Positions 11,517-25,519 of a DNA stretch of 64,000 nt are shown here, in pieces. The first letter of the stretch is position 1. Every line of letters begins with the position of its first letter. The position numbers and the translations under genes are program-made. Source of the stretch: Neoechinorhynchus agilis (Eukaryota > Animalia > Acanthocephala); the NCBI GenBank assembly GCA_051530055.1, contig CM121343.1, positions 7,256,044 through 7,320,043 on the forward strand, in the 5' to 3' direction. Below the pieces are notes generated by a model that saw nothing but the letters and a program-made list of their open reading frames with translations, did not search any database and was not told the origin of the DNA.

Positions 11517-13938
11517 TTACAATTCGCCATTGAGAATACACATCCATTCGAAGGAACAATTGGATAGAAGTACTCTTTTATTGTAAAGATCTAAAATAAA
11601 GAAAACACCCATATTACCGCCTCTTTTAACAAAATACAAAACGATCTAGTTTCAAAACACAGATTCGATCAATATAATCGCGATGGAATAAATGGATTTT
11701 GTTCAAATTGTCTTTGACTTATTAAACGACTTAACCATTTTAAAAATAAGCTCTTAAGCGAATCCATCAAATGTGAATAGGTACCAGAAAGTGCTTATAC
11801 CTTTCCATCCACGCATGCACAGTATTTTCCCCTCGTATGGATCATTGAATGTATCCGCTGTTGGCTCATCTTCCGGCAAATGATATTCCTCGAAAAACGG
11901 GTGTTCTAAAGCTTTCTCTGCAGTCGGTCTTTCTGATGGGTTGAGTTTGAGTAAACTCTCCAAGAGGCTGACACCTTAATGAAAAAAAACATTAGAGGGG
12001 ATTTTATGAAATGTTTGACAGTGAAAAATTGAAGGAATTTTATTTCGCAACAATCTAAAAAGCTCCTGTAAGAAGTATTTTACTCGCACTTGAATGGGCG
12101 AATAAAACACGCAGAAACCAATAGGATTTAATAAAATTCCTTCAATTTTTCACCGTCATAAACAAACATTTTATGAAATCAAACCATACTGACCGTGTGG
12201 CGATAAGGTTGAAAATATTTCCGAGAACGGTTTTCGTTCAATTTCTCGTTGTTTTTCAATATAATTAATTGCCTTTTTTGAAGCTCATATCAATATTTTA
12301 TGGAACGGAACTTACACTGGGATCAAAATGTAGTCGGAGTTGCTCAGAATCAGGCGGCGTGACTTTTTCTAATATGCACGAAAGTTGATGTAGTTCTAAG
12401 GAAAAGATAAGAATTCTAGACAAAGTAAGCTACTAACGGCTGGATCCCGGGAAAATGGGCTGACCCTTGATAATCTCCCCCATGATGCATCCAACTGACC
12501 AGATATCCGCTTAAGTAGACAAAGTATAATCGTCCACTATAAAAGTTAATTAAAATGCTTACCTGTTGCGTCGTAATGTGTTGGATTAAACAAAAGTTCA
12601 GGCGCCCTCCACCACCGTGTGGCAACGTATCCGGTCATCATTTCGGATTGTGACTGTCTAGCCAAGCCAAAATCCAAGATCTTACATTGAGTATTGAATC
12701 TTATCAACTGATTTTGAACCAATATACTCACATATGTATTAAGATCATCATCCAGCCCAATATTGCTCGGCTTAAGGTCCTAAAGATTAAAAATAATCAA
12801 AAACTTATCATGGTAAAATCAATACCCGGTGTATTATACCAGCCGAATGAATGTACTACTCGAACGCTTTGGTTTTTAGAGGCTAACTCTTAAAAAGACT
12901 AACCTTTAGTGATCTTATAATCGAATATATGATTAATCGAATCTGATCTTCGCTTTCAAGTAATCCACTTTGAATTACTTTGTTTAAATCATACGGCACA
13001 TACGGGAATACCAGATAGCTGTAAAATCGAATTCTAAATATCTTATTTATTCCAACGAAGTGTTTACATGCTTTCAAAGAGTTCAACTGAAGAGTCTGGA
13101 CTGAATGCGTCAATCAATTCAATCACCTACAAATTAAAAGCGATAGAAAAAAATTAAAATATTTGATGTAAGCTTGACAGTCCTAAAGGTTTTGATCTTT
13201 TAAATATCAATTACAAATTAAATAACATTGAGCCGTAAATATTTGTTAAAGTTCCATTCCCGATGCATCCGCCCACTCACTGCCATAACAACTTGCTTTC
13301 ACTTAGATACTTTTTCTATGCTCCGCATTTTGTTTTCGCTCAATATTTACAATTTTGTGGATACCAAGTCCGGCGAGAATCAGTTCACTAAACTTACTAC
13401 ATGAACAAACCCGAGCTAAATGGGTTTCTAGCTGCTCCTCTCTATATAAGGAAAATTAAACATGATCGTGAATTTCAACTATATGGAAAAGTGAGCATTC
13501 GAACTAAGAACGAAGGTCCTATTGAAAGCTGCATTGCACATTAAACGTGATTTTAAACGAAACATTGAAGAGAATTTGCCTGGTAAATTATTACGACTAA
13601 GATTAACCGTGTATATAAGCATACCCCGGACTCTTGATTATTCAGAGTTTGAAGTAGTTTGAGTTCTCTATAAGTTCGTTTAATGGTCACAATATCTTGA
13701 AATGGTCGGATTAGTTTTTTGATGGCTAATTTTGTGTCCCCAGATCGATTAGTTCCTAAACTAATGGGCCTGTGAAACGATTCCTGACTTACGATTTGCT
13801 TTACGCTACGCTTCCATAAGCGCCCGATCCAATAAATTTTATGATTTGATAACATTGAGGTACATTAAATATACAGTGGCCTACATTTTGAGTGTGCCAC
13901 TGTTGCTCATAGCATTCAGGTTTTTGATCTTGACTCAT
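11517..13938 (-). CDS. MAPK14: p38-type MAP kinase, multi-exon, divergent
   Basis: Exons give [20 protein letters not shown]...[31 protein letters not shown]|[37 protein letters not shown] (TGY activation motif) and [23 protein letters not shown]. The last exon (stop at 11517) and the start (13938 or 14016) are less certain. The symbol denotes the p38 family, not exact orthology. Confidence 0.9.
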
Positions 13939-14246
13939 ATACTTGAACTTGTATCTCGAAGGCAACATTATGCAGTTGTAGGAGGGCGGAACACTCATTA
14001 ATTCCTGGAACACCAAGATTTCGGCTGCAAGGAGCAGGATCCGAGTAAACGGAACAAAAATGAGTAACCTGTAGTCTTGACATTTTCAGTAGTGTCAAGT
14101 AGTGCACACAAGAGAATGAGTAATTGCTACACTGTTTTGCCTTCCAAAAGGTACAGAAAACTGCGAAAAGAAAAGGTTGAGTCTTAGCTCAAACAACTTT
14201 GAGAACCTAAATCTGCAGAACTAGCAGAGGAGAGAGCATCCAAACC
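13939..14246. promoter_or_regulatory. Probable shared (bidirectional) promoter between the p38 gene and the + strand ORF
   Basis: Head-to-head start codons lie only about 230-310 bp apart. No specific motif was identified. Confidence 0.4.
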
Positions 14247-15461
14247 ATGTTCGGTGAAAGCAATAACATTATTGCAAGCATCGAAGCTATGCATCTCGGT
14301 GAATCGCCAATCGCTACTCTTGCTCACAATGAGCTAATGAGCGAGCTAAAAAATGTACTGCAAAAACACTTTTCAAACGACAAGGAACAATACGTGTCCG
14401 GGCCTTTCGTGAACGTCCAAGTCAGCGAATACGATTTACGCATTATTTATAAGAGTGTACAGAGGCCAGATCAAGTATTTCCTATAAAGTTCCTCATATA
14501 TACTGGAGCGATCAGAAAAGTACTAATGGGATCGAACTCAACATTCGAAACTTTAGATAATATATTTGGTGAAAATAGAAAGGATGTCACTGCAGTACTT
14601 CATCCACCACTTCTTGTCCTGATCTTTAAGGGATTTGGAAATTATATTTGTCATGTTCTTGCTACCAATAACGACAGTGATGCGCTGAAAATCGTCAATG
14701 TTCTAAAGGTTGTTTCCACTAATCCGGCAAAATCCTTACAACAGTTTACTTCAGTTCCTACTTCATCAAATGCTGCTTCAAGAGTCTCGTCCGAATCGAC
14801 GAGCCAATCGACTCGCGCTGACAGGATTCGACATAGTTCAAGTCGAAGCTCATCTACGTTCAACACAGATCACAACCAAGCTGGACGATTTATAGTTCGA
14901 ACAGAAGATGGAAGCATATTGAACGAAGAGGAAATAAGAAAAAATCCAAATATAATGCGAGCTTTGAACCTAGCCGATCAACTGATCGATACAAATCAAT
15001 CTAAACAAACGTCCAATCCAATGAACATGCCCACTGGTGCACCTTACGACCAACATCAACAGAATTTCGGTCAAAATCCACCAAATATCTTTGTAAAATA
15101 TATGGATAACAATGGTGATCAGAACGACGAAGAAGATGAAATCGTTATCAGGGAACGAAATTCCAGATATAGGCAGCCGTCCACAGGGGTAATATCCAAT
15201 CCATTAGTGGTGGAACGATGGCTACCATCCTGCAATCTTCCCACACAATGTGAGAAGCCGACGAAATTCATTTTGCCATTGACCGTTAAAGAAGTTAAGC
15301 TGATAACGCCCAAGCCAATAGTTATCCAACAATTGAGGCCGGTTTTTAAAACACGAAAGCGGGTAGTCGCAGGTGGTGAGTCAAAAACCACCAAACGTTC
15401 TGAAGACCGGATCATACCGAACGAAAGGAATTTTAGAATGGGGATCTTTCCTTGCTTTTGA
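14247..15461 (+). CDS. Hypothetical protein with a PTB/PH-like N-terminal region and a low-complexity Ser/Asn-rich tail
   Basis: 404-aa ORF. The beta-rich N-terminus ending ...LVLIFKGFGNYICHVLATNNDSDALKIVNVL resembles the CHVF-plus-helix end of PTB domains. The 3' end may be spliced differently. Confidence 0.55.
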   Translation: MFGESNNIIASIEAMHLGESPIATLAHNELMSELKNVLQKHFSNDKEQYVSGPFVNVQVSEYDLRIIYKSVQRPDQVFPIKFLIYTGAIRKVLMGSNSTFETLDNIFGENRKDVTAVLHPPLLVLIFKGFGNYICHVLATNNDSDALKIVNVLKVVSTNPAKSLQQFTSVPTSSNAASRVSSESTSQSTRADRIRHSSSRSSSTFNTDHNQAGRFIVRTEDGSILNEEEIRKNPNIMRALNLADQLIDTNQSKQTSNPMNMPTGAPYDQHQQNFGQNPPNIFVKYMDNNGDQNDEEDEIVIRERNSRYRQPSTGVISNPLVVERWLPSCNLPTQCEKPTKFILPLTVKEVKLITPKPIVIQQLRPVFKTRKRVVAGGESKTTKRSEDRIIPNERNFRMGIFPCF

Positions 15462-17934
15462 TAGGGTCGATGCACTTTGTGCCGAAAGCAAGAGGAAGTC
15501 AAACAGACGATGGTATGATCGTGAACGTGTGATTACCCACTTTAGACCTAGACGTTACAAATACAGTCGATCACTCGACTTAGATATCGATAACTTGTGA
15601 AAGAGCAATAAAGTTGCGCAGAGATAAGTCTTCAATAAAATATTTTCATAAGAAATAAAAGTCCGGGGTATGCGCCGCTTAGTTCGCGGCACTAGAATTC
15701 CAAAACATGCCATGACGCTTAAACCGTATTTGATACTTCGTTTAATATTGATTTGCTCGTGTAAATAAGGTAAACTTCTCCAACGAATATAGAATGGATC
15801 CAATTATTACATTTCCATGTAATTTTGAGGAATTCAGTATGAGCCACGGCTTTGCTCAGAAACTCATCCAACGATTTTTGTTCCTTTGGAATATAAAAAT
15901 AACAAGTTTTATTATTTGTAGTTAAGAAATTAGACCCATGTACCTTTGGGTCATCTCCGTAGAAAAAACCTAACTTCAAATAGAATTAGCGACAATCCAG
16001 TGATTGATTATTGGAATTTAACATACTTTACGCTTACATAACATTTCGTATAACGTCTACGAGTTTGTAAAACCGACACATAATCGATGAAATTGATATG
16101 AAAATCTTTGCTAATTGACTCGGTGTGTGTTTTAAGGTCCAAGTGATTAAATAGAAGTCAACTTGCAGTTTAATTTGAAGATAAAAACCAAGTTGGGACA
16201 CTAGTTGTGGGTAAAAAATCCAATTATCAATTATAAAACGAACATAAAATGTTTTATATTCCTAAGGCAACATTAAATCAATAGAGATTACCAGAGATTA
16301 CAGTTCTAATCTTATCATTAAGCTATAAGTCATGTCGAAAGTACTCAACTAAATTTGTTTTACTTTATTATAAAAAGTTATCGTATAGTTCGAATATTTG
16401 CGATCCTAGTTGTTGCGACAAATTAAACCCCCAGTTTTGTACGAATCGACGCTCATTCGTTTTTCGATTGCTTTAGAGCTGTGGCTGCTAAAATGTTTGT
16501 TTCGAACCATCACAGGATTGTATATATATGGAGGAAAATTAAAAGAATTTATTGATTGCGATATTTCGGCACTTTCCACCATATAAGAACATGAACAATT
16601 AAATCTTCAAACAGTCATAGAATTGTTGATCATGCGAAACCTGTTGAAATCCATTCAATTGAGACAAAAAAAGTTCTTTTTATTTCATGAGCTAAGACGA
16701 AGATGGTTTAAGAGAAAGATTTGAATCAAGGCAATGGAATTTAACTCGGCCGATAAGATTAGGTGTGGATCAATGCGAAAAGGATTCAAGCGAGTTTGTA
16801 AAGGTTGGTGTACGCTGAGGATATGAATTGCGCATTCATTTTTCAAAGATGATCCATGAAGAAATCACAATTAATACATGGCAAAACCCGACAAATTCGT
16901 TTATTTTTCCAGAAAAGTTCGTGTTCAAAACAATAATATTCGGCGGATATATAAAGATGTACCTAAAAAACGAATTGGACATATTGATTTTGTTGATTTG
17001 TCGTGGTGTTACTGTCTAAATGGACAGCGGACGATTGCGTAAACGAAAGGAATGGGCGGTGCTGAGAGAGGGAATCTAGGTTAAAATTTAAAAGGAATGT
17101 AAAAGGTGTAAGAGATCTACCTGTCTAACAGGCAGTAAAGCGGAAGCTTTTCAGTGTAGACGCGACGAAAAAGCTAAGAAATTTTGGGGCGGTAAGGTAA
17201 AGGGGCGACTTAACGCCAATTGATTGTATTTTACACGAATAAGAACATCCTTCTGCTTAGACAAGTGCATTTAAAGAGTTCAAAAGTTCAAGTTTTAGAA
17301 AGGTCACTCGTTGTTTCTTGCACTCAAGAATAGTGAAGACGGGCATCCTCTTTCTCATTTTCTCGTCTAATAGCACAATGGCGGCAGTTGTGCCGTACAG
17401 ATCCTCAGATACACAGGAATCTCTCAAATGATCCCCGATTTGCGCATTATGTCACGAATCCCGCGCCTCAAGCACTGTCGCCCTTCCAGACAAACAGCGC
17501 TTCGCTCTGACATTGACGGCGTTCCGACGACCTCGGTATTTACGGATCACTTTCGCTCTGCCATAAGATCCATCCCAGATATGGTGGAATCGATAGCCCT
17601 CCTCCTCCTCCACCAACGATGACCGTGCCATACACGCGACATAATAAAAGGCGACAGCGGTGGCGCGGCGGTAACGATGTGATGATTAATCACTATATCC
17701 TCGTTATCTGTCTCCTTTCCGCATGGAAAACTAGGAGGCAGTCAATGGAGGGGAGGGAGAATGCTATCGTCGTTATTAGTTGGAAAAATAGGCGTATGCA
17801 CGTTTGTCCTACTTGTTTAAACAGAGAAACTCTTACATCCACGCTATTGGACTTTTGAATGGCATATTCCCGATTATTGATTCCATTCAACGACAAAACT
17901 CAGCTACCAATGCCCATCACGCCAAGTGTGTGAA

Positions 17935-20900
17935 ACTTCTTTTATAAAGGAACCGACGTTGATCTACTTTTTTGTCTTACAAGAGTCGTCTTCTCGAGAC
18001 TTTGATCAAATTGATCACCGATCGTTGCCTTGCTCTCCAATCAATGATTTCTATTCCCTTTTTTTCTTCTTTTTTATTAAGGAACCGACGTTAATCTCCT
18101 TTTTTGTCTTACAATAGTCGTCTTCTCGAGACTTTGATCAAATTGATCACCGATCGTTGCCTTGCTCTCCAATCAATGATTTCTATTCCCTTTTTTTCTT
18201 CTTTTTTATTAAGGAACCGACGTTAATCTCCTTTTTTGTCTTACAATAGTCGTCTTCTCGAGACTGATCAAATTGATCACCGATCGTTGCCTTGCTCTCC
18301 AATCAATGATTTCTATTCCCTTTTTTTCTTCTTTTTTATTAAGGAACCGACGTTAATCTCCTTTTTGTCTTACAAAGTCGTCTTTTTTCTTTTTATGGAA
18401 CCGACTTACTCCTCCCAAAACACTTTTTGTCTTACAATAGTCGTCTTCTCGAGACTTTGATCAAATTGATCACCGATCGTTGCCTTGCTCTCCAATCAAT
18501 GATTTCTATTCCCTTTTTTTCTTCTTTTTTATTAAGGAACCGACGTTAATCTCCTTTTTTGTCTTACAATAGTCGTGTTCTCGAAATTTTGATCAAATTG
18601 ATCACCGATCGTTGCCTTGCTCTCCAATCAATGATTTCTATTCCCTTTTTTTCTTCTTTTTTATAGGAACCGACGTTAATCTCCTTTTTTGTCTTACAAT
18701 AGTCGTCTTCTCGAGACTTTGATCAAATTGATCACCGATCGTTGCCTTGCTCTCCAATCAATGATTTCTATTCCCTTTTTTTCTTCTTTTTTATTAAGGA
18801 ACCGACGTTAATCTCCTTTTTTGTCTTACAATAGTCGTCTTCTCGAAACTTTGATCAAATTGATCACCGATCGTTGCCTTGCTCTCCAATCAATGATTTC
18901 TATTCCCTTTTTTTCTTCTTTTTTATTAAGGAACCGACGTTAATCTCCTTTTTTGTCTTACAATAGTCGTCTTCTCGAAACTTTGATCAAATTGATCACC
19001 GATCGTTGCCTTGCTCTCCAATCAATGATTTCTATTCCCTTTTTTTCTTCTTTTTTATTAAGGAACCGACGTTAATCTCCTTTTTTGTCTTACAATAGTC
19101 GTGTTCTCGAAATTTTGTTCAAATTGATCACCGATCGTTGCCTTGCTCTCCAATCAATGATTTCTATTCCCTTTTTTTCTTCTTTTTTATTAAGGAACCG
19201 ACGTTAATCTCCTTTTTTGTCTTACAATAGTCGTGTTCTCGAAACTTTGATCAAATTGATCACCGATCGTTGCCTTGCTCTCCAATCAATGATTTCTATT
19301 CCCTTTTTTTCTTCTTTTTTATTAAGGAACCGACGTTAATCTCCTTTTTTGTCTTACAATAGTCGTCTTCTCGAGACTTTGATCAAATTGATCACCGATC
19401 GTTGCCTTGCTCTCCAATCAATGATTTCTATTCCCTTTTTTTCTTCTTTTTTATTAAGGAACCGACGTTAATCTCCTTTTTTGTCTTACAATAGTCGTCT
19501 TCTCGAGACTGATCAAATTGATCACCGATCGTTGCCTTGCTCTCCAATCAATGATTTCTATTCCCTTTTTTTCTTCTTTTTTATTAAGGAACCGACGTTA
19601 ATCTCCTTTTTTGTCTTACAATAGTCGTCTTCTCGAGACTTTGATCAAATTGATCACCGATCGTTGCCTTGCTCTCCAATCAATGATTTCTATTCTCTTT
19701 TCTTCTTTTTTTATTAAGGAACCGACGTTAATCTCCTTTTTTGTCTTACAAGAGTCGTCTTCTCGAGATTTTGATCAAATTGATCACCGATCGTTGCCTT
19801 GCTCTCCAATCAATGATTTCTATTCTTTCTTCTTTTTTTATTAAGGAACCGACGTTGATCTCCTTTTTTGTCTTACAATAGTCGTCTTCTCGAGACTTTG
19901 ATCAAATTGATCACCGATCGTTGCCTTGCTCTCCAATCAATGATTTCTATTCCCTTTTTTTCTTCTTTTTTTATTAAGGAACCGACGTTAATCTCCTTTT
20001 TTGTCTTACAATAGTCGTCTTCTCGAGACTTTGATCAAATTGATCACCGATCGTTGCCTTGCTCTCCAATCAATGATTTCTATTCCCTTTTTTTCTTCTT
20101 TTTTTATTAAGGAACCGACGTTAATCTCCTTTTTTGTCTTACAATAGTCGTCTTCTCGAGACTTTGATCAAATTGATCACCGATCGTTGCCTTGCTCTCC
20201 AATCAATGATTTCTATTCCCTTTTTTTCTTCTTTTTTTATTAAGGAACCGACGTTAATCTCCTTTTTTGTCTTACAATAGTCGTCTTCTCGAGACTTTGA
20301 TCAAATTGATCACCGATCGTTGCCTTGCTCTCCAATCAATGATTTCTATTCCCTTTTTTCTTCTTTTTTATTAAGGAACCGACGTTAATCTCCTTTTTTG
20401 TCTTACAATAGTCGTCTTCTCGAAACTTTGATCAAATTGATCACCGATCGTTGCCTTGCTCTCCAATCAATGATTTCTATTCCCTTTTTTTCTTCTTTTT
20501 TATTAAGGAACCGACGTTAATCTCCTTTTTTGTCTTACAATAGTCGTGTTCTCGAAATTTTGTTCAAATTGATCACCGATCGTTGCCTTGCTCTCCAATC
20601 AATGATTTCTATTCCCTTTTTTTCTTCTTTTTTATTAAGGAACCGACGTTAATCTCCTTTTTTGTCTTACAATAGTCGTCTTCTCGAGACTTTGATCAAA
20701 TTGATCACCGATCGTTGCCTTGCTCTCCAATCAATGATTTCTATTCCCTTTTTTTCTTCTTTTTTATTAAGGAACCGACGTTAATCTCCTTTTTTGTCTT
20801 ACAATAGTCGTCTTCTCGAGACTTTGATCAAATTGATCACCGATCGTTGCCTTGCTCTCCAATCAATGATTTCTATTCCCTTTTTTTCTTCTTTTTTTAT

Positions 20901-22870
20901 TAAGGAACCGACGTTAATCTCCTTTTTTGTCTTACAATAGTCGTCTTCTCGAGACTTTGATCAAATTGATCACCGATCGTTGCCTTGCTCTCCAATCAAT
21001 GATTTCTATTCCCTTTTTTTCTTCTTTTTTATTAAGGAACCGACGTTAATCTCCTTTTTTGTCTTACAATAGTCGTCTTCTCGAGACTTTGATCAAATTG
21101 ATCACCGATCGTTGCCTTGCTCTCCAATCAATGATTTCTATTCCCTTTTTTTCTTCTTTTTTATTAAGGAACCGACGTTAATCTCCTTTTTTGTCTTACA
21201 ATAGTCGTCTTCTCGAGACTGATCAAATTGATCACCGATCGTTGCCTTGCTCTCCAATCAATGATTTCTATTCCCTTTTTTTCTTCTTTTTTATTAAGGA
21301 ACCGACGTTAATCTCCTTTTTTGTCTTACAATAGTCGTCTTCTCGAGACTTTGATCAAATTGATCACCGATCGTTGCCTTGCTCTCCAATCAATGATTTC
21401 TATTCCCTTTTTTTCTTCTTTTTTATTAAGGAACCGACGTTAATCTCCTTTTTTGTCTTACAATAGTCGTCTTCTCGAGACTGATCAAATTGATCACCGA
21501 TCGTTGCCTTGCTCTCCAATCAATGATTTCTATTCCCTTTTTTTCTTCTTTTTTTATTAAGGAACCGACGTTAATCTCCTTTTTTGTCTTACAATAGTCG
21601 TCTTCTCGAGACTTTGATCAAATTGATCACCGATCGTTGCCTTGCTCTCCAATCAATGATTTCTATTCCCTTTTTTTCTTCTTTTTTTATTAAGGAACCG
21701 ACGTTAATCTCCTTTTTTGTCTTACAATAGTCGTGTTCTCGAAATTTTGTTCAAATTGATCACCGATCGTTGCCTTGCTCTCCAATCAATATTCTTTCCA
21801 ACAAAACCCCCCCCACATTTCTATTCCCCTTTTTATAAGGAACCACGTTATTTTTTTTGTCTTACAAAGTCTTCTCGAATTTGCAAATTGATCACGATCG
21901 TTCTCTCCAATCAATGATTTCTATTCCCTTTTTTCTTCTTTTTTTATTAAGGAACCGACGTTAATCTCCTTTTTTGTCTTACAATAGTCGTCTTCTCGAG
22001 ACTTTGATCAAATTGATCACCGATCGTTGCCTTGCTCTCCAATCAATGATTTCTATTCCCTTTTTTTCTTCTTTTTTTATTAAGGAACCGACGTTAATCT
22101 CCTTTTTTGTCTTACAATAGTCGTGTTCTCGAAATTTTGTTCAAATTGATCACCGATCGTTGCCTTGCTCTCCAATCAATGATTTCTATTCCCTTTTTTT
22201 CTTCTTTTTTATTAAGGAACCGACGTTAATCTCCTTTTTTGTCTTACAATAGTCGTGTTCTCGAAATTTTGTTCAAATTGATCACCGATCGTTGCCTTGC
22301 TCTCCAATCAATGATTTCTATTCCCTTTTTTTCTTCTTTTTTTATTAAGGAACCGACGTTAATCTCCTTTTTTGTCTTACAATAGTCGTCTTCTCGAGAC
22401 TTTGTTCAAATTGATCACCGATCGTTGCCTTGCTCTCCAATCAATGATTTCTATTCCCTATTTTTCTTCTTTTTTTAAGGAACCGACGTTAATCTCCTTT
22501 TTTGTCTTACAAGAGTCGTCTTCTCGAGACTTTGATCAAATTGATCACCGTTCGTTGCCTTGCTCTCCAATCAATGATTTCTATTCCCTATTTTTCTTCT
22601 TTTTTTTAAGGAACCGACGTTAATCTCCTTTTTTGTCTTACAATAGTCGTGTTCTCGAAATTTTGTTCAAATTGATCACCGATCGTTGTTCCGCTCTCTT
22701 GTGATCTTTCACTAGAATCTTTTAACCTATCTCGCAATCAATAGTTTCTATTCTCTCTTCTGTTTTTTCTATTAAGGAAACTACGTTGATTTCCTTTTTT
22801 GTCTTATACGAGTCGTCTTCTCGAGACTTTGATCAAATTGATCACCGATCGTTGCTTTGCTCTCCTGCGA
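17935..22870. repeat. 132-bp satellite, about 37 copies
   Basis: Unit ggaaccgacgttaatctcc...ttgatcaaattgatcaccgatcg...cttttttattaa counted as 132 nt (18081 to 18213). Copies are highly homogeneous, with diverged copies at the ends. Confidence 0.97.
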
Positions 22871-23574
22871 TCTTTCACTAAAATCGATAACGAATCTCTC
22901 CCTTCTTTATTCAATAATTAAGGGACGTCGTTATTTTCATTTGTAAACACAAGTTTTGAATTTTTGTTCTTTTTTTTGTATATTGGGCGATGCTACTTCG
23001 AATGATTCACTGTGCTTTGTGTCTATCAACGCATGGTTCCGATTTCTCTCTATTACTAATTTCTCTCTCTTGCAGTTCATAGAAAAACTTTCGTTTTCTT
23101 TATGAACGATTTGAAGTTTATTGAAAAATATTCCTATAATCGTGCTTGATTTATTGATCGAATTCTTCAAAACGGCTGAACGCACTTTGGATGATTGCCT
23201 TAGAATCCTGATTTTACAGCGCTTTTAAAGATCTTGATGATATTTGTATTAGCTGATGCATTGAGGTTAATGCATTGTCCATCGTCTGACACGATCGATG
23301 GCGAAAATTAAAGCAAGTAAAATTTGTAACTTAACATATCGATCGTTGTTTCTAAACAGTAGTTTTTTGCACGGAGTATTCGCCGTGCCAGCTCTCTTTT
23401 ACTCTAAGGAAATCGTAAATTCGCTACCATGACTCTTGCTCGGGTTTGATCGTTTTCTGACAACTGATGCTTGTTGTACCAAGAAAAGATAGTTTTAAAT
23501 TCAAAATTCTTTGGATTCCATCTTCGTGTAAAAGAGCTGCCCGTAAGTGGATAATATTTAGTTCGCTATTATAG

Positions 23575-25519
23575 ATGCCACAAGGAGCTACAAAGTCATC
23601 GACTATCCCGGACGGTGGATATGGCTGGGTTATCGTGTTCTCGTCATTCGTAAGTCCTATTATCCATCTACCGTCTTCATCTTAGAGATCAATAGATGTT
23701 GAGCTGGCTAGTTGACGGCATGCTTTACGCCTATGGAGTTATGAAAATCGCGCTTCAGGATGCTTTTCAGGCATCTGAAGTTTCAACAATGCTAGTGGGA
23801 AGCCTTTGCGTTGGTGTTTACATGTTACTTGGTATGGATACTTGCTAGTTTACTCATGGCGATTACTGATGTAATATATTCAGGTCCGGTCTATTCAAAG
23901 CTTACGGAGCGTTTTGGATTTCGAAATTCGATTATCGGTGGCAGTATAGTAACTTCATTTTTTATGATATTATCAACGATGGCTAACAGCATATACGTAC
24001 TGATGATCACCTATGGAATAGGAGCTGGTATGGGCCCAATAAAAAGGTTCATACGATTTATCACTAATTATTTTACAGGGTTTGGGTACGGTCTCGTTTA
24101 TTTGGCATCCTTAGGGGTGTTAAACGTTTACTTCGATGAAAAACTGAACCTAGTTATTGGTAGGTCCTCTTAGTGGTCACCGTTATTTGATTTTTGTTTA
24201 AAAAGGAATCGTGGCTTCCGGAACTGGAGTCGGAGTTCTTAGCTTTGGTGTTATATCTGGATATCTATTTGATCTATATGGCTGGCGAGGCGGATTGCTA
24301 GTACTAGCAGCCATAATGATGAACGGTGTAGTGTTTGGAGCTCTTATGCGTCCCTTGGATACCGAGGAACGCCACCCAACAGAAACCAAAATGTAAGTCA
24401 TTTAGTTTCTATTTACTAATAAGACTATTTTTTCAACGAAGAACGAATGTAGACACTTTCACGTCTCTGCAGAAAGTGGATTACGTGAGTTGATTATATA
24501 CCATATCCAGATCTCATTTTCGGTTCAAAATGTAATATTTTAGAAACCACTGCCAACGGACGACCCATCAAAAGTGGTGATTGAAACGCCATGCGCGGTT
24601 GAACCCGTTCGAGCTTCAAAGCGAAACTGGTGGACTAATCTGAAAGCAAAGATCCGTTGTGATCTTATTTTAGACCCACCAATGCTTCTGCTGTGCCTAG
24701 GACAAGTGTTTGGCATGTTTGGCTATTATTTGATCGTTTTACTATTGGTGTCGGTGACCGAAAGGGAAATTAAGGCAACTCCATTTCAGTCGAGAATGAC
24801 AATGACCGTGTTTGGTGCATATAACTTTTCCGCCCTTGAGTTTTTTCACGATTTCCCGCCGTAGGAATCGCAAATACGATCGCTCGAGTAGTATTCGGAT
24901 GGCTAGCTAACCAAAATGGAATGAGTGCGTTGCTTGTGAGCAATATAACATTAAGTATATGTGCCCTCCTGGCATTTCTTTTTCTCTGGGTGACCACTTA
25001 TGCTCATGTGATGATTTTCTCGTTGGCATTCGGCATATTTTCAGGTATCCGTTTTTTGATCAAATACAACTTTAATATCCAAACCCCATTTCAGCACCCT
25101 ACGTTGGTCTAACGATCAGCTGTCTAAAGGAAATTCTGCGAAAGGATGACATTGTACGACGGACTGGTTGGCTTATGATTTCTAATGGGCTTCGATTAAA
25201 AATATTATAAGCCGATCAGCGATATTGGCTGGATCTAGCGACGGGAGCGCCCAAGATGACTATGTAGCTGGTATCGGGATTTTATTCCTTTTCAGGGGAG
25301 TAAGCTGTGTAGTTGGACCTACATCAGGCGGTAGCTGCGTACTTTGGCCTTTTAATTTATCGATTTCTAAAAATAGGTTATCTCACTGATGCTACTGGAT
25401 CTTACAGACTGTCCTTCATGGTCGGAGCATGTGGATTACTAGTAGCTGCGATTCTTCAAATATTGATTCCAGTTTACCAGAGATTTAAAAAATCGAAGAC
25501 ATCCGTCATTGCTCAATAA
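23575..25519 (+). CDS. MFS transporter, SLC16/monocarboxylate-transporter family, multi-exon
   Basis: MPQGATKSSTIPDGGYGWVIVFSSF (PDGGWGW signature), GPVYSKLTERFGFR, GFGYGLVYLAS, MASGTGVG, YGWRGGLLVLAAIMMNGVVFGALMRP, ARVVFGWLA, GYLTDATGSYRLSF. Confidence 0.92.

Noticed and set aside
15555-15979. Minus-strand ORFs of 82-86 aa
   Set aside because: No recognisable family or exon chain. They could be real exons but I cannot support them.
17926-22623. Short ORFs repeated within the 132-bp satellite, and likewise within the 204-, 294- and 160-bp arrays
   Set aside because: They appear only where T-tract length happens to remove a stop, and no frame is conserved across units.
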